From: Alloascoidea hylecoeti
Taxonomy: Eukaryota
Assembly (NCBI GenBank): GCA_001600815.1
Contig: BCKZ01000011.1
Span: forward strand, 599,622 to 633,371
Direction of reading: 5' to 3'
DNA length: 33,750 bases
In this document: one piece after another, positions 9,441 through 19,395 of the stretch
Layout: every line of letters begins with the position of its first letter
How positions within the stretch are numbered: position 1 is the first letter of the stretch
Made by a program: the position numbers and the translations under genes
Notes under the pieces: generated by a model
What the model saw: the letters and a program-made list of their open reading frames with translations, nothing else
The model's database searches: none
Told to the model about the DNA's origin: nothing

Positions 9441-9826
9441 TGGAAATCCAAAATCTTCGCCCCCAAGTTTTAAAATTTTGCTCGAAACGAACCTGATCGC
9501 AACTCTAGAAACGAATTATGGAGCGAATTTTATTGTAAAATATGGCTATTCGTTTCAGGTGATGAAATATGACTTTAAATTTGCTGGATAAGGAAGTTCC
9601 AAAAAAGTCTGATTTTAGGTTACTCTTTTTACATCATTTTCAAAACTACGTACGAGCTTGAAGCTTTATTCAACTTGTAACGAAATAAACTTAAAGTCAA
9701 ATAATAAACTCCTGGCATCAAAAATTCAACAGGTTACCCTACACACTAGCTCTTACATAGGCCTAGCACTTATCTACATAGTATAGCAGTACATTATAAT
9801 ACAATTACAATACTTAAATAGTTGAA

Positions 9827-11416
9827 ATGAAAATATTTAGGGATTGTATTTGGCTGTGGGTCCTTGGGGTATCGGCTCACATCATTTTACTAGACACTCC
9901 GGATACAATATGTGAAGGCATGTATGATAAAAGAGATTGGGGTGGTTTGATAAGTCCGCACATTGAAGTTTCACTTAAAGGTGATATGGAAAATATATCC
10001 GTTGTGATTTTCGAATATAAGGACACTCATTTATTGGGTGCGCCATTGACTTCTGATGGTGATAAAGGAAATAAGAAGTATATATGCGATTCCAAAGCTG
10101 TGAGAAATGAGCTATGCTCTCAACAACACCTAGGAAGCTATATTGTCTCACCATTATCAACCAATACGTCATTTGCGAAAATTAAGACAAAATTTCTTAG
10201 TAAATTAATTCATGATCAAAATCAAGAAGACGAGCATACTAAGCCAACACTCAAATATCATATATTAAAAACTGGGTACTATTGTGTTAGTACTTATTCA
10301 ATGTCTGGGACAATAAAAAGTCAAAATTCCGCTATCATTATGAATTTTCAAAATGCTTTTGGGAATTTGCCTGCCTCGGTTGTCCCTAATCTTTCTCTAT
10401 TTGGAGGTCTAGCTGTTGCATATTTAGTGATATTTGCATTATGGATGTTTACATATGTTCAATTTAAAAATACAGTCTCGGATATTCAAGTCTACTTCAC
10501 AAAGACAGCTGGATTTTTAGTATTTGAAATGATATTAATATGGGGTTATTATGATATGATCAATATAAAAGGGGTAGGTTGGTATTCTGGCGTGTATCTA
10601 CTGGTTTTGTCTTTCATAAATGCTTTTAGAAACACATTTTGTTTCTATTTATTACTAACTGTTGCTTATGGTTTCGGTACTACATATGATTCTTTATCAC
10701 TTCCAGTATTAAAGAAGTGCCGAACAATGGGAATTATACAAGTAGTTGCGGCGATTATATACTCGATGGTTTCATATATTTCATCAGCCGGGAATACTTT
10801 TGCCGGTGGTTGGTTCTTGGTGGCAGTCACACCAATTGCAATTTCAACAACATATTTTTATATTTTAATATTAACAACAATAAATAAAACAATAAAGATA
10901 TTGAAATCCCAAAGACATTTACAACTCGATGATGGTATAAAACTAAAATTACAATTTTATCGGGGATTAAATTATTTATTGACTTTTACATTAATAGTGA
11001 TATTTTTGTTTTATCTTTCTGGTTTGATATTAATATTAAAAATGAAAACAGAAGAATATATTACTAATACTTGGCAATGGAGATGGTTCGTTATTAATGG
11101 GTGGAGTAATTTAGTATTTACAATTGTATTTGCAATAATAGCAGTTTTAGGAAGGCCAACAAAGGAGAATTTGATTTTCAAACCAATCAATTTTGGGGGA
11201 AATGATGAGGAAACGATGTATGCTAGAGCAGGGTTAGATGAGATTGAACTACAAGACGTAGGAAATGAAAATTATACCGATAGTTCTGACCGAATTGATC
11301 GGGTTTTTTCATCTGATGAGGAAGAATATCTGGAGAATGAAAATACTGATATTAATGAAACTGTGGATGATGAAGAATCCCAAGATCAGGCATTATTGGG
11401 GAAAAAGAGGAACTAA
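9827..11416 (+). CDS. PTM1: PTM1/GPR107/TMEM87 (lung seven-TM, GOST family) membrane protein
   Basis: Signal peptide, CEGMYDKRDWGG, KYICD, YHILKTGYYCV, FQNAFGNLPA, NAFRNTFCFYLLLTVAYGFG, WQWRWFVINGWSN, seven hydrophobic segments and an acidic tail. Confidence 0.88.
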   Translation: MKIFRDCIWLWVLGVSAHIILLDTPDTICEGMYDKRDWGGLISPHIEVSLKGDMENISVVIFEYKDTHLLGAPLTSDGDKGNKKYICDSKAVRNELCSQQHLGSYIVSPLSTNTSFAKIKTKFLSKLIHDQNQEDEHTKPTLKYHILKTGYYCVSTYSMSGTIKSQNSAIIMNFQNAFGNLPASVVPNLSLFGGLAVAYLVIFALWMFTYVQFKNTVSDIQVYFTKTAGFLVFEMILIWGYYDMINIKGVGWYSGVYLLVLSFINAFRNTFCFYLLLTVAYGFGTTYDSLSLPVLKKCRTMGIIQVVAAIIYSMVSYISSAGNTFAGGWFLVAVTPIAISTTYFYILILTTINKTIKILKSQRHLQLDDGIKLKLQFYRGLNYLLTFTLIVIFLFYLSGLILILKMKTEEYITNTWQWRWFVINGWSNLVFTIVFAIIAVLGRPTKENLIFKPINFGGNDEETMYARAGLDEIELQDVGNENYTDSSDRIDRVFSSDEEEYLENENTDINETVDDEESQDQALLGKKRN

Positions 11417-12973
11417 TAGTTTGTATTTATTAATGCCAAAGAAAAGTTAATGAGAAGGTTGATTATAGTAACCGGATATGATCATGAAATTGTCATTGTA
11501 TTTTACTCGATCTATTATTATATTAGAATTAGAAGGATATTAAATATATATTTGTAGTAATTCTGAATAAAATTATTAATATTAATGATATTGATAAGTG
11601 CAGTACATATATAAAGTTATATACAGCTTCTCCTAAAGACGTAAATAACTAGGTCAAAAATTAAGGCAGTCGGTGAAAATTTATGTTGAATACTTTAGCG
11701 TATAGCTCATAATTATGTATCAGAATGGCTTAAATATAATATGTACATGATGACCGCAAGTAGTACATCATATGGCCGAATTCAAGTAAAATGAATGATC
11801 AATAATGTTTAAGGTGTTATTTTCAGTGCGGCTGCAGTTCAGGCACGGAGAAGGAGAAATTTAAACCTTATGCTAACATCAAAATTTAAATATAGGACTA
11901 TAGCTGCTATTAAATACTTTATTGGCAAAAGTAGATCTAATATGATAAACATATCCAAAAGGTTGTAAAACATTATCTGCATTGATTTCCATTTGTAATA
12001 TTGACAGTTTGACATGATCAAAATATTGATATGATTACCTATGCTAAGGATAAATATCGAAGCACAAGCTTAGGAGGGTTATGAAACAAGTCAGATTTTC
12101 AGTAATAACCAATATATCTAATAGGCATAATCATGATTAAGTGGCCTAAAATGTTACAACTGTTTAAAAAACATATCTTTTCTTGGACGCACACAAAAAG
12201 GAAGAAACAGCTGCAGCACAATCAACTTTACGATGACTATAATACATAATACATAAGGAGTAAGATATATCATACCATCCCATGCATTGCCATTATTTTA
12301 AAAATACATTAACATTAATAACGTTAATGTAGACCAGGAGCACATAGTGACTCCAACTACTAGACTTATTTCGTGGAATTGAATAGATATAGAAGCTTCA
12401 TATCATGGATTAAAGGTTCGTCCGCAGCACCAGTAAGATAGAGTAGGTTATAATAGATATACTACACCGGCAGACATAACTTATAGCCATAGAATCTCGC
12501 CATAGAGTCTCAAATGCAAAATAGAGAGAAACTTCCAAGTTTACCAGTTGTAGTGTACTTTTATAAATATACCCATGCGTCGGAAAAGCAACAAAGAAAA
12601 AACTAACTTTATAATTAATACTTTCGTTAGTTTTGCCAAGACTAACCATTTATCCTGACGTGTGACTCCTCTAACAATTTAACAATTTATGTAAACTTCT
12701 TCTTTCTCTTCTTTTTTCTCTTTCTGGGCGAATTTAAAACTTGAAACTTCATTTTTTCTTCTTTCTTCATCATAAATCAGTTTTAGTTATATATATTTAA
12801 CTTTAAAAATAAGCACGATTGGCCTTTGGTGTTCTACTTTCGTGTATTTCATAAGAACTCAACCATTAATATTGCTATAATATTAATATTAAGATTTTTG
12901 TTTAATTTTTACAAAATTAATTATAGATACTTTCTTTGTTTCTGGATTAAAAAATTATCATTATTCAAAACTA

Positions 12974-14209
12974 ATGTCTGCGAATCCTGAATTATATACG
13001 GCTGATACAAGAGATAATCTCGTCAACGATGAAAATAAAAATGGGGTTAATTCATCTGTTCGAGCAATTGAAACTGATGATGATAAGAAAGATAATATAA
13101 AATTACCATTTAAAGAAAAATTTAAAAAAAAATGTAAAAGCGTTTATGATTACATCTTTACAATTCATTTTTTAATTATATTAGTTCATGGACAAGTTTT
13201 ATCATGGTGTTTGGTATCTACCAATACTCTTAGCACATATTTATCAAATGCTGGAGCATCGATGCCTGCTTTACAATCTCTAATAGTGTATGCACTGCTT
13301 AACTTAATTTATACAAGCTATACGATTTATAAATATGGATTTAAAAAGTGGTTCAAATTAATTTATAAAGATGGTTGGAAATTCTTTTTATGGGCATTTT
13401 TAGATGTTGAAGGGAATTATTTTGTCGTTTTGGCTTATAGATATACAAATATGCTAAGTGCACAGCTATTAAACTGCTGGGCTATTGCAGTTGTTATTAT
13501 TCTATCATTTTTTATATTAAAAGTGAAATATAAGATATTACAAATTGTTGGTATAGTTGTTTGTATCGGTGGATTGGGGATTGTATGCGCATCAGATACA
13601 ATAACACATAAAGATTGGGAGGCTTCCAATATGTTAAAAGGAGATTTATTTGTTATTTTGGGAGCAACATGTTACGGGCTTTCAAATGTTTGTGAAGAAT
13701 TCTTAGTTTCCAAGCGACCATTATACGAGGTTGTTGGACAATTAGGGTTTTGGGCCATGTTAATTATGGGAGTTCAATGCTCAATTTTTGATAGAGGCGC
13801 GATTGAAAGCACACAATGGAACGGAAAGGTTGCTGGATATCTCATTGGGTTTGCAGCGACCATGATTATAATATATTCAACAACGCCAATACTGTTTAGA
13901 ATGTCTTCAGCAGTATTTTATAATTTATCATTATTAACAACTAATTTTTGGGGACTATTGATTGGAATTAAATTGTTTGGGTACTATGTTTTCTGGATGT
14001 ATCCAATTGGATTTTCGCTTACAATTATCGGACTAATAATATTTTATGTATTTTCCGAAAACGGTGCGACAGGAGAAGCAAACAAGCCATGGTTGGGCGA
14101 TAATCAAGAAGAAGGTATTGTTGGTGTCGGAACTGCGAAAAAAAGAAACAACGGTATTAATACTGCTAACGATGTAGAAAATCCCGTTGCGATCAACGCT
14201 AACAACTGA
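12974..14209 (+). CDS. SLC35F1/F2-family (DUF914) solute carrier; candidate queuine/queuosine transporter
   Basis: GQVLSWC, DVEGNYFVVLAYRYTNMLSAQLL, GDLFVILGATCYGLSNVCEEFLV and RMSSAVFYNLSLLTTNFWGL; about 10 TM segments. Confidence 0.9.
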   Translation: MSANPELYTADTRDNLVNDENKNGVNSSVRAIETDDDKKDNIKLPFKEKFKKKCKSVYDYIFTIHFLIILVHGQVLSWCLVSTNTLSTYLSNAGASMPALQSLIVYALLNLIYTSYTIYKYGFKKWFKLIYKDGWKFFLWAFLDVEGNYFVVLAYRYTNMLSAQLLNCWAIAVVIILSFFILKVKYKILQIVGIVVCIGGLGIVCASDTITHKDWEASNMLKGDLFVILGATCYGLSNVCEEFLVSKRPLYEVVGQLGFWAMLIMGVQCSIFDRGAIESTQWNGKVAGYLIGFAATMIIIYSTTPILFRMSSAVFYNLSLLTTNFWGLLIGIKLFGYYVFWMYPIGFSLTIIGLIIFYVFSENGATGEANKPWLGDNQEEGIVGVGTAKKRNNGINTANDVENPVAINANN

Positions 14210-14680
14210 TCACGGTGTATTTACATATTCATACAATATATTTTATAATTAATAGGTTTGAGCTTCCAAGTAATTTAAAATTTAAATTATAAATTTTTTA
14301 AGGTTGAATGATTGATTTAATTTAACCTCCAATCATTTCCTTTTCTTTCATTTTATCCAAAAATTAAAAAAAGATTCAATTTTTCATTTTCTTAATAATA
14401 AGAATTTGGTACTTATTTATTTATTTGTATTTATGGTAAAAAGAGGTTTTGCTGTTCTCTGAGATTTTTTGAATTTCTTTTTTAACTTGCTTTTGCTATC
14501 TGAAGATCCATTATTACCTCACAGCTAGCTAAAATTGTTGTTGTTACTGCTAGTTTTTCAAACTAAACCATCCATCTGCAGTTTTAATATTAATACTCCA
14601 CAGACGGTCACTTCAACAACTAACATTTTCCATTCTTTCTTTCTGATTTAATAAACCAAAAGACGCGAGGTTGTCATCTC

Positions 14681-17395
14681 ATGAAATTGAACAAGAAAAC
14701 AATGAGCAAAGGAAAATCAAAGGATTCCGATCCGAAATCAAATGAAAAAATTTCGAAAGGAAAACACGAAAAATTCCATAAAAAAAGAGACAAAATTAAA
14801 GGTTTGTTTTCAAGATCACATTCAACAAGCTCGACTCTATCATCCCCAACCAAAAGTATCGAATATAGTTCTTCGTTATCAACGAGCAGATCAAACGTTT
14901 CCATTAAATCAACGTCGGCCTCTATTATCAATGGCACTCCCCATACACCTTCAAAGACGGTTCCTATTGAAATTGCCAACTTAAAGGTTTCGAAATCATG
15001 TGTTGTTCCTAATATACAGAAACATACTTTTTCGCATTCTGTCTCAACCATGCCATCCCCAACTAATTTAAAGAAAAGAAATACAATATCGACTAGTACT
15101 CCTTCCTCTGCAAGATTATCTTCTGCCGCTGTGGCACGAGGTAGACAACAATCAACTAGTCCTAGGCTTTCAAATCAAAATATATACGAATCCGTTTATA
15201 TACCGGGAGGAAGTTCTTATAACCCTCGTATTGTTTCTAAGACATCTTCAAATTCTGATATAGGTTCCATTTATTCGTCGATTATTTCGCAACATTCACT
15301 TTCTGGTGGGGCTTCATTTTCTCTTGGTGACGATCATACGAAAGAATCAACTTTAAATCTGCCGTATCCAGTCCAGAATCCAAATGATTACTTGCCAGTT
15401 GAACTACAGAGTCCAGACCAATCCCTCTTTGGTACATATCAATATCCTGATAAAAATTCAGATTATTTTAATAAAACTTTGGGCAACGGAGCATCAGCAC
15501 AGGTCAAAGTCGTTGCATTAAAAAATCAAAAATCCTCACTTTTTGCACTAAAAAAATTTACCCAACTTGATAATGCAAAGGAAAAACCAAGTAAATTCTA
15601 TGAAAGAGTTGCAAAAGAATTTATCCTTTCAATGCCTTTAAATCACATCAATGTAGTGAAAACAAAAGGATTATTTAAATTACCAGAAAATAAAGGATGG
15701 GGAATTATATTAGAATTATGTCAAGAAGAAGATTTATTTTCAATAATTCAATCATATGCAAGGAATAAAATGTCAATTCCAATAGCAGAAAGAAATTGTT
15801 ATTTTAAACAAATATTGAATGGTATTGGTTATTTGCATAAATTAGGAATTGTTCATTTAGATATAAAACCTGAAAATATCTTATTAAATAAAGGTGAAGT
15901 TAAATTAACTGATTTTGGCTGTTCAGATTTTGGTTGGATTGATCGTGATGAATCAAAAGGTATTAATAAGAAGAAAGGTTTTCTTGGTTCTCCGCCTTAT
16001 CTCGCTCCTGAAGTGATTCAGATAAAAGATATAAATGATAAATCAAAAGTAATCGGTTATGACCCTTTTAAAGTCGATACCTGGGCAATTGCAATAACTT
16101 ATTATTGTTTGACGAAATTTGGGAATCCTTTTGCCGAAGCGAGTGTAAGGGATAAGAAATATGCAGCTTATAGGCAAGGTTTTGATTCTCATATTAGTTC
16201 TCATCCTGATTTTAGAACTGAAAAGAGATTATCTAGTCCACCTGTTTCCAAATTTTCAACAATTTTTGATGATGAATTTTCAACCTTGATGTATCATATG
16301 TTAGATCCTGATCCAAAATACAGATTTTCTGTTTTAAGGATTTTACAATTACCAGTTATTAAAAGGATTAAACTTTGTGTTGAAGAAGTTGATTTAGACA
16401 CTTGCTCAAAGTTCCCAAAATTATCACCGATTCCTAGTATTGAAGACACACAGAAAAATCAAGAACAAAATGGAAGTAAGAATCAAATTAATTCAACACC
16501 AGTTGCTAGATCAATGCTAGATGATGCGTTTGCCGATCCTCATACTCCAATAGATACACCTCACCATAGACCTTGTAATTCAATTTCTGAAAATGATGAA
16601 AACAATAAGGATAAGGATAATTGTGATGCATCATCAATTGCTCCATCAGTTAATTCATCCATGTTATTTACTATCGAGGACGAATCTGTTCCGACTCCCA
16701 TAACATCTGATACCATAAATAAAAGTAGGAACGGTTCGATGGCTGTTTCATCTTCAGTCTCCAAATCCCATGGTAAGGAATCACTAATTGCTTTGCTGGG
16801 TAATAAAACACCACCATCATCATCTTTAAATTTAAATGAAAATTCAAATTCACATTCTGCCGAAAAGACTTTGAAGCCAATTATATCATCTTCAATGCTT
16901 GATGATTTAGAAAATAATACACCAATCAGAACTGGTTCGATATCGACACCAAAAAGATCGTCTAGTAATATTTTTTCCAATTGCAATAATAATGATAAAT
17001 CTTCAAAATCATATCTTAAAGTTAGATCATTAGTTGCTGATGAACCGATATCACCAAGATCATCATATATATCTTTACCATATTCAAATTCAATAACAAC
17101 ATCGAATGTGTTGGGCAAAAAACCTTCTTTTTCATCAATAAATTCAAATTCTTATGATGAATTCCATGATGCAGTATCATTTGATTCACCACAATCCAAT
17201 ATAGAATCTTCATCTTCATCATCATCTATTAATAACAATATAGATTTTTCCAATAATGATAGATCTAATAATCAAGTTTCTGTTTCAAAATCAAGTTTAC
17301 TAACCCAACAACTTCAGAATTCATCGGGCACTATAATTTCAACAGGGAATGCAAAACATCATCATGGGGTTTATAATTCTGAAAGGAATAATTAA
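14681..17395 (+). CDS. PTK2: NPR/HAL-family Ser/Thr protein kinase, Ptk1/Ptk2-like
   Basis: LPYPVQNPNDYLP, LGNGASAQV, ALKK, KFYERVAKEF, WGIILELC, HLDIKPEN, LTDFGCSD, GSPPYLAPEV and YDPFKVD, with long S/N-rich flanks. Kinase call is firm; exact orthology is less so. Confidence 0.85.
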   Translation: MKLNKKTMSKGKSKDSDPKSNEKISKGKHEKFHKKRDKIKGLFSRSHSTSSTLSSPTKSIEYSSSLSTSRSNVSIKSTSASIINGTPHTPSKTVPIEIANLKVSKSCVVPNIQKHTFSHSVSTMPSPTNLKKRNTISTSTPSSARLSSAAVARGRQQSTSPRLSNQNIYESVYIPGGSSYNPRIVSKTSSNSDIGSIYSSIISQHSLSGGASFSLGDDHTKESTLNLPYPVQNPNDYLPVELQSPDQSLFGTYQYPDKNSDYFNKTLGNGASAQVKVVALKNQKSSLFALKKFTQLDNAKEKPSKFYERVAKEFILSMPLNHINVVKTKGLFKLPENKGWGIILELCQEEDLFSIIQSYARNKMSIPIAERNCYFKQILNGIGYLHKLGIVHLDIKPENILLNKGEVKLTDFGCSDFGWIDRDESKGINKKKGFLGSPPYLAPEVIQIKDINDKSKVIGYDPFKVDTWAIAITYYCLTKFGNPFAEASVRDKKYAAYRQGFDSHISSHPDFRTEKRLSSPPVSKFSTIFDDEFSTLMYHMLDPDPKYRFSVLRILQLPVIKRIKLCVEEVDLDTCSKFPKLSPIPSIEDTQKNQEQNGSKNQINSTPVARSMLDDAFADPHTPIDTPHHRPCNSISENDENNKDKDNCDASSIAPSVNSSMLFTIEDESVPTPITSDTINKSRNGSMAVSSSVSKSHGKESLIALLGNKTPPSSSLNLNENSNSHSAEKTLKPIISSSMLDDLENNTPIRTGSISTPKRSSSNIFSNCNNNDKSSKSYLKVRSLVADEPISPRSSYISLPYSNSITTSNVLGKKPSFSSINSNSYDEFHDAVSFDSPQSNIESSSSSSSINNNIDFSNNDRSNNQVSVSKSSLLTQQLQNSSGTIISTGNAKHHHGVYNSERNN

Positions 17396-17544
17396 TGTAT
17401 TATAATTTTATTCTGCTAATAACAATAAAGAATTAGCGTAGGAGCTTTATATCTATTATATTTTATATGAATCGAATGTTAACTATTATATTTGTATCTT
17501 TATATCTTCTTTTGATTTTGATTGAACGTTTGACAATTATTTAC

Positions 17545-17640
17545 TGTTATTATTATCGTTATTATCACTATTATTATTTACTGCTATTCTTGTCGTTTCT
17601 ATCACCATTATTATTATCATTATTATTATCACTGTTATTA
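17545..17640. repeat. Degenerate (TTA)n low-complexity tract
   Basis: Repeated TTA/TCA/CTA triplets 3' of the kinase gene. Confidence 0.75.
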
Positions 17641-18080
17641 CATAAATTACATATTGATTTAATATTATAATGAATGAGTCTCATAAGTAGCTCATGTGTT
17701 GGTTCGTGAATTTTAATCTTGGTATCAACATTGAATCTATTGATATATCGATTGTAAAATATAATATAATATAAATAAATAATTCCAATTGCAACGGGAA
17801 ATATGGTGTGTAAATTGATGCTAAGGAAATTTCGGATTAATAAATTACCAATGTAGCCATAGCATCACGTAGTTCCGAGTTCTGAGTCCTGACTTAATGG
17901 CAGGGGAAGGACCTGAGAAGCCGAGTCTTTTACACTGGTATATTCTTCGTGACCGACTACCATATAAAGTAATATAAGCATTAATATAAAACTTCGCTAT
18001 CAGTTCTTTATAACCTACTCCCTACTTTTTACTTTACAATTACTTTCGCATAAACATACAGAATCATTCGATTACTTCAA

Positions 18081-18416
18081 ATGACAGCAGCAGCGGGATT
18101 AATCCTATCCCGATCGACGTCATCCTTCGCATCGCATTCATCAGCAGCCGCCATCACAGCAGCTACTAAAGTAGTGCATATCATAACTACGAGCAAAAGA
18201 TATTATAGTGAAGGAGATTTAGGAACATTTCGTGGAGAACAACTTTCAGATTCTTTTACACAATTGGCTAAAGCCAAAGAAGATTACTACGTTCGGGTAC
18301 ATGAACGAGACAAATTAGAAAAATTAAGAAAATCAATCACAGGAAATACCTTCGGAAGAATCAAAGAAGATGCTGATGATTTAGAATCTAAATTGAGGAA
18401 TGAATTAAGAGGATAA
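18081..18416 (+). CDS. INH1: Mitochondrial F1-ATPase inhibitor (IF1; Inh1/Stf1 family)
   Basis: Acid-free A/S/R-rich presequence ending KRYY, then SEGDLGTFRG..SDSF....AKEDYYVRVHERDKLEKLR and a coiled-coil tail. Confidence 0.88.
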   Translation: MTAAAGLILSRSTSSFASHSSAAAITAATKVVHIITTSKRYYSEGDLGTFRGEQLSDSFTQLAKAKEDYYVRVHERDKLEKLRKSITGNTFGRIKEDADDLESKLRNELRG

Positions 18417-18574
18417 TTTGGTATTCTTTTAATAAATTAATAAAAAAAAAAAGTAATAAATAATAATTTTGTATCTTTAGTGAAACACCCGTACACCTTC
18501 TCTTTGTGGTTCACATTTTATTTATAATTGCATTTTTTCTGTTATCAATATTAATAAATAAGTTAATCAATAAA

Positions 18575-19181
18575 ATGGATCTTACTATTGTTTTTAAGGC
18601 TTCTAATCTTCTTGTTGGTGGTTTTTCTGTAAGTGGATGGACACTATATTTTCATAACTTTACATTTCCTTTTGGCATTAAACTAATGATTTAGTTGCTT
18701 GGTGGCTTTACACAATTATTTTCTGGATTGTAAGTATAATTATATTTACATATACCTTTATAATCTATTAGATTGACATGATTATTAATGTTGATATCAT
18801 ATTTAGTCAGAGTTTTCTACTGGGATTGTTTTTAACGGTATCAGGAATTGGAATTATTGGTTTGGGTAAGTGGCCAACTACTACACTTTATTACAAAATC
18901 GATTTATTTTAACACGTAGTTATTGTCTTCTAGAGTTCCAAGTACCACCTCAAACATATGAATTCGCGTCCTTTCTATTTTCTTTCTTAGGACGAGGAGT
19001 TTACTATTTACTTCTTGGGTCATTGTTGCTTCATGGATCTATTTTTAGGTTTTTTGCAGGCTTTATAATCTTTGTTGTTGGAGTTATATATTCAAGTCTT
19101 CACTTCATCCCATCTATTGATACTCCCGAAAACATGAAGCGTGATAATGGATTTGAAGATTTGGAAGATGGTGAATTTTAA
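18575..19181 (+). CDS. TVP15: Golgi membrane protein Tvp15 (COPI-associated family); join(18575-18628,18695-18729,18807-18865,18934-19181), 131 aa
   Basis: Three GTAAGT..TAG introns (66, 77 and 68 nt) give a continuous frame: MDLTIVFKASNLLVGGFSLLGGFTQLFSGFQSFLLGLFLTVSGIGIIGLEFQVPPQTYEFASFLFSFLGRGVYYLLLG...PENM. Confidence 0.9.
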
Positions 19182-19395
19182 AGATATGTTTCATAAATTA
19201 TATGCATCATTGTGCAGGCAATGCCAACTGTAGGATTTTACCCGGCCCACAAATGATAATAGCAAAAGTCAAACATTTTCTTTGAAAAGATCTTTTATAA
19301 GGTTTTTTTCTTTACCTCTTATCTTTTATATATTCTTTCATATTTATATATAAATAAATATTAAATATGAATATTTATTCGGTAATATCATTATA

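Noticed and set aside
11745..11860. Possible box C/D snoRNA (ATGATGA at ~11748; another at ~3019)
   Set aside because: No suitably placed CTGA D box, terminal stem or recognisable rRNA guide.
11839..12649. Short minus-strand ORFs between the PTM1-like and SLC35F genes
   Set aside because: 60-79 aa with no recognisable homology; consistent with promoter DNA.
17467..17670. 67-aa Tyr/Leu-rich ORF
   Set aside because: Translation of a (TTA)n low-complexity tract.
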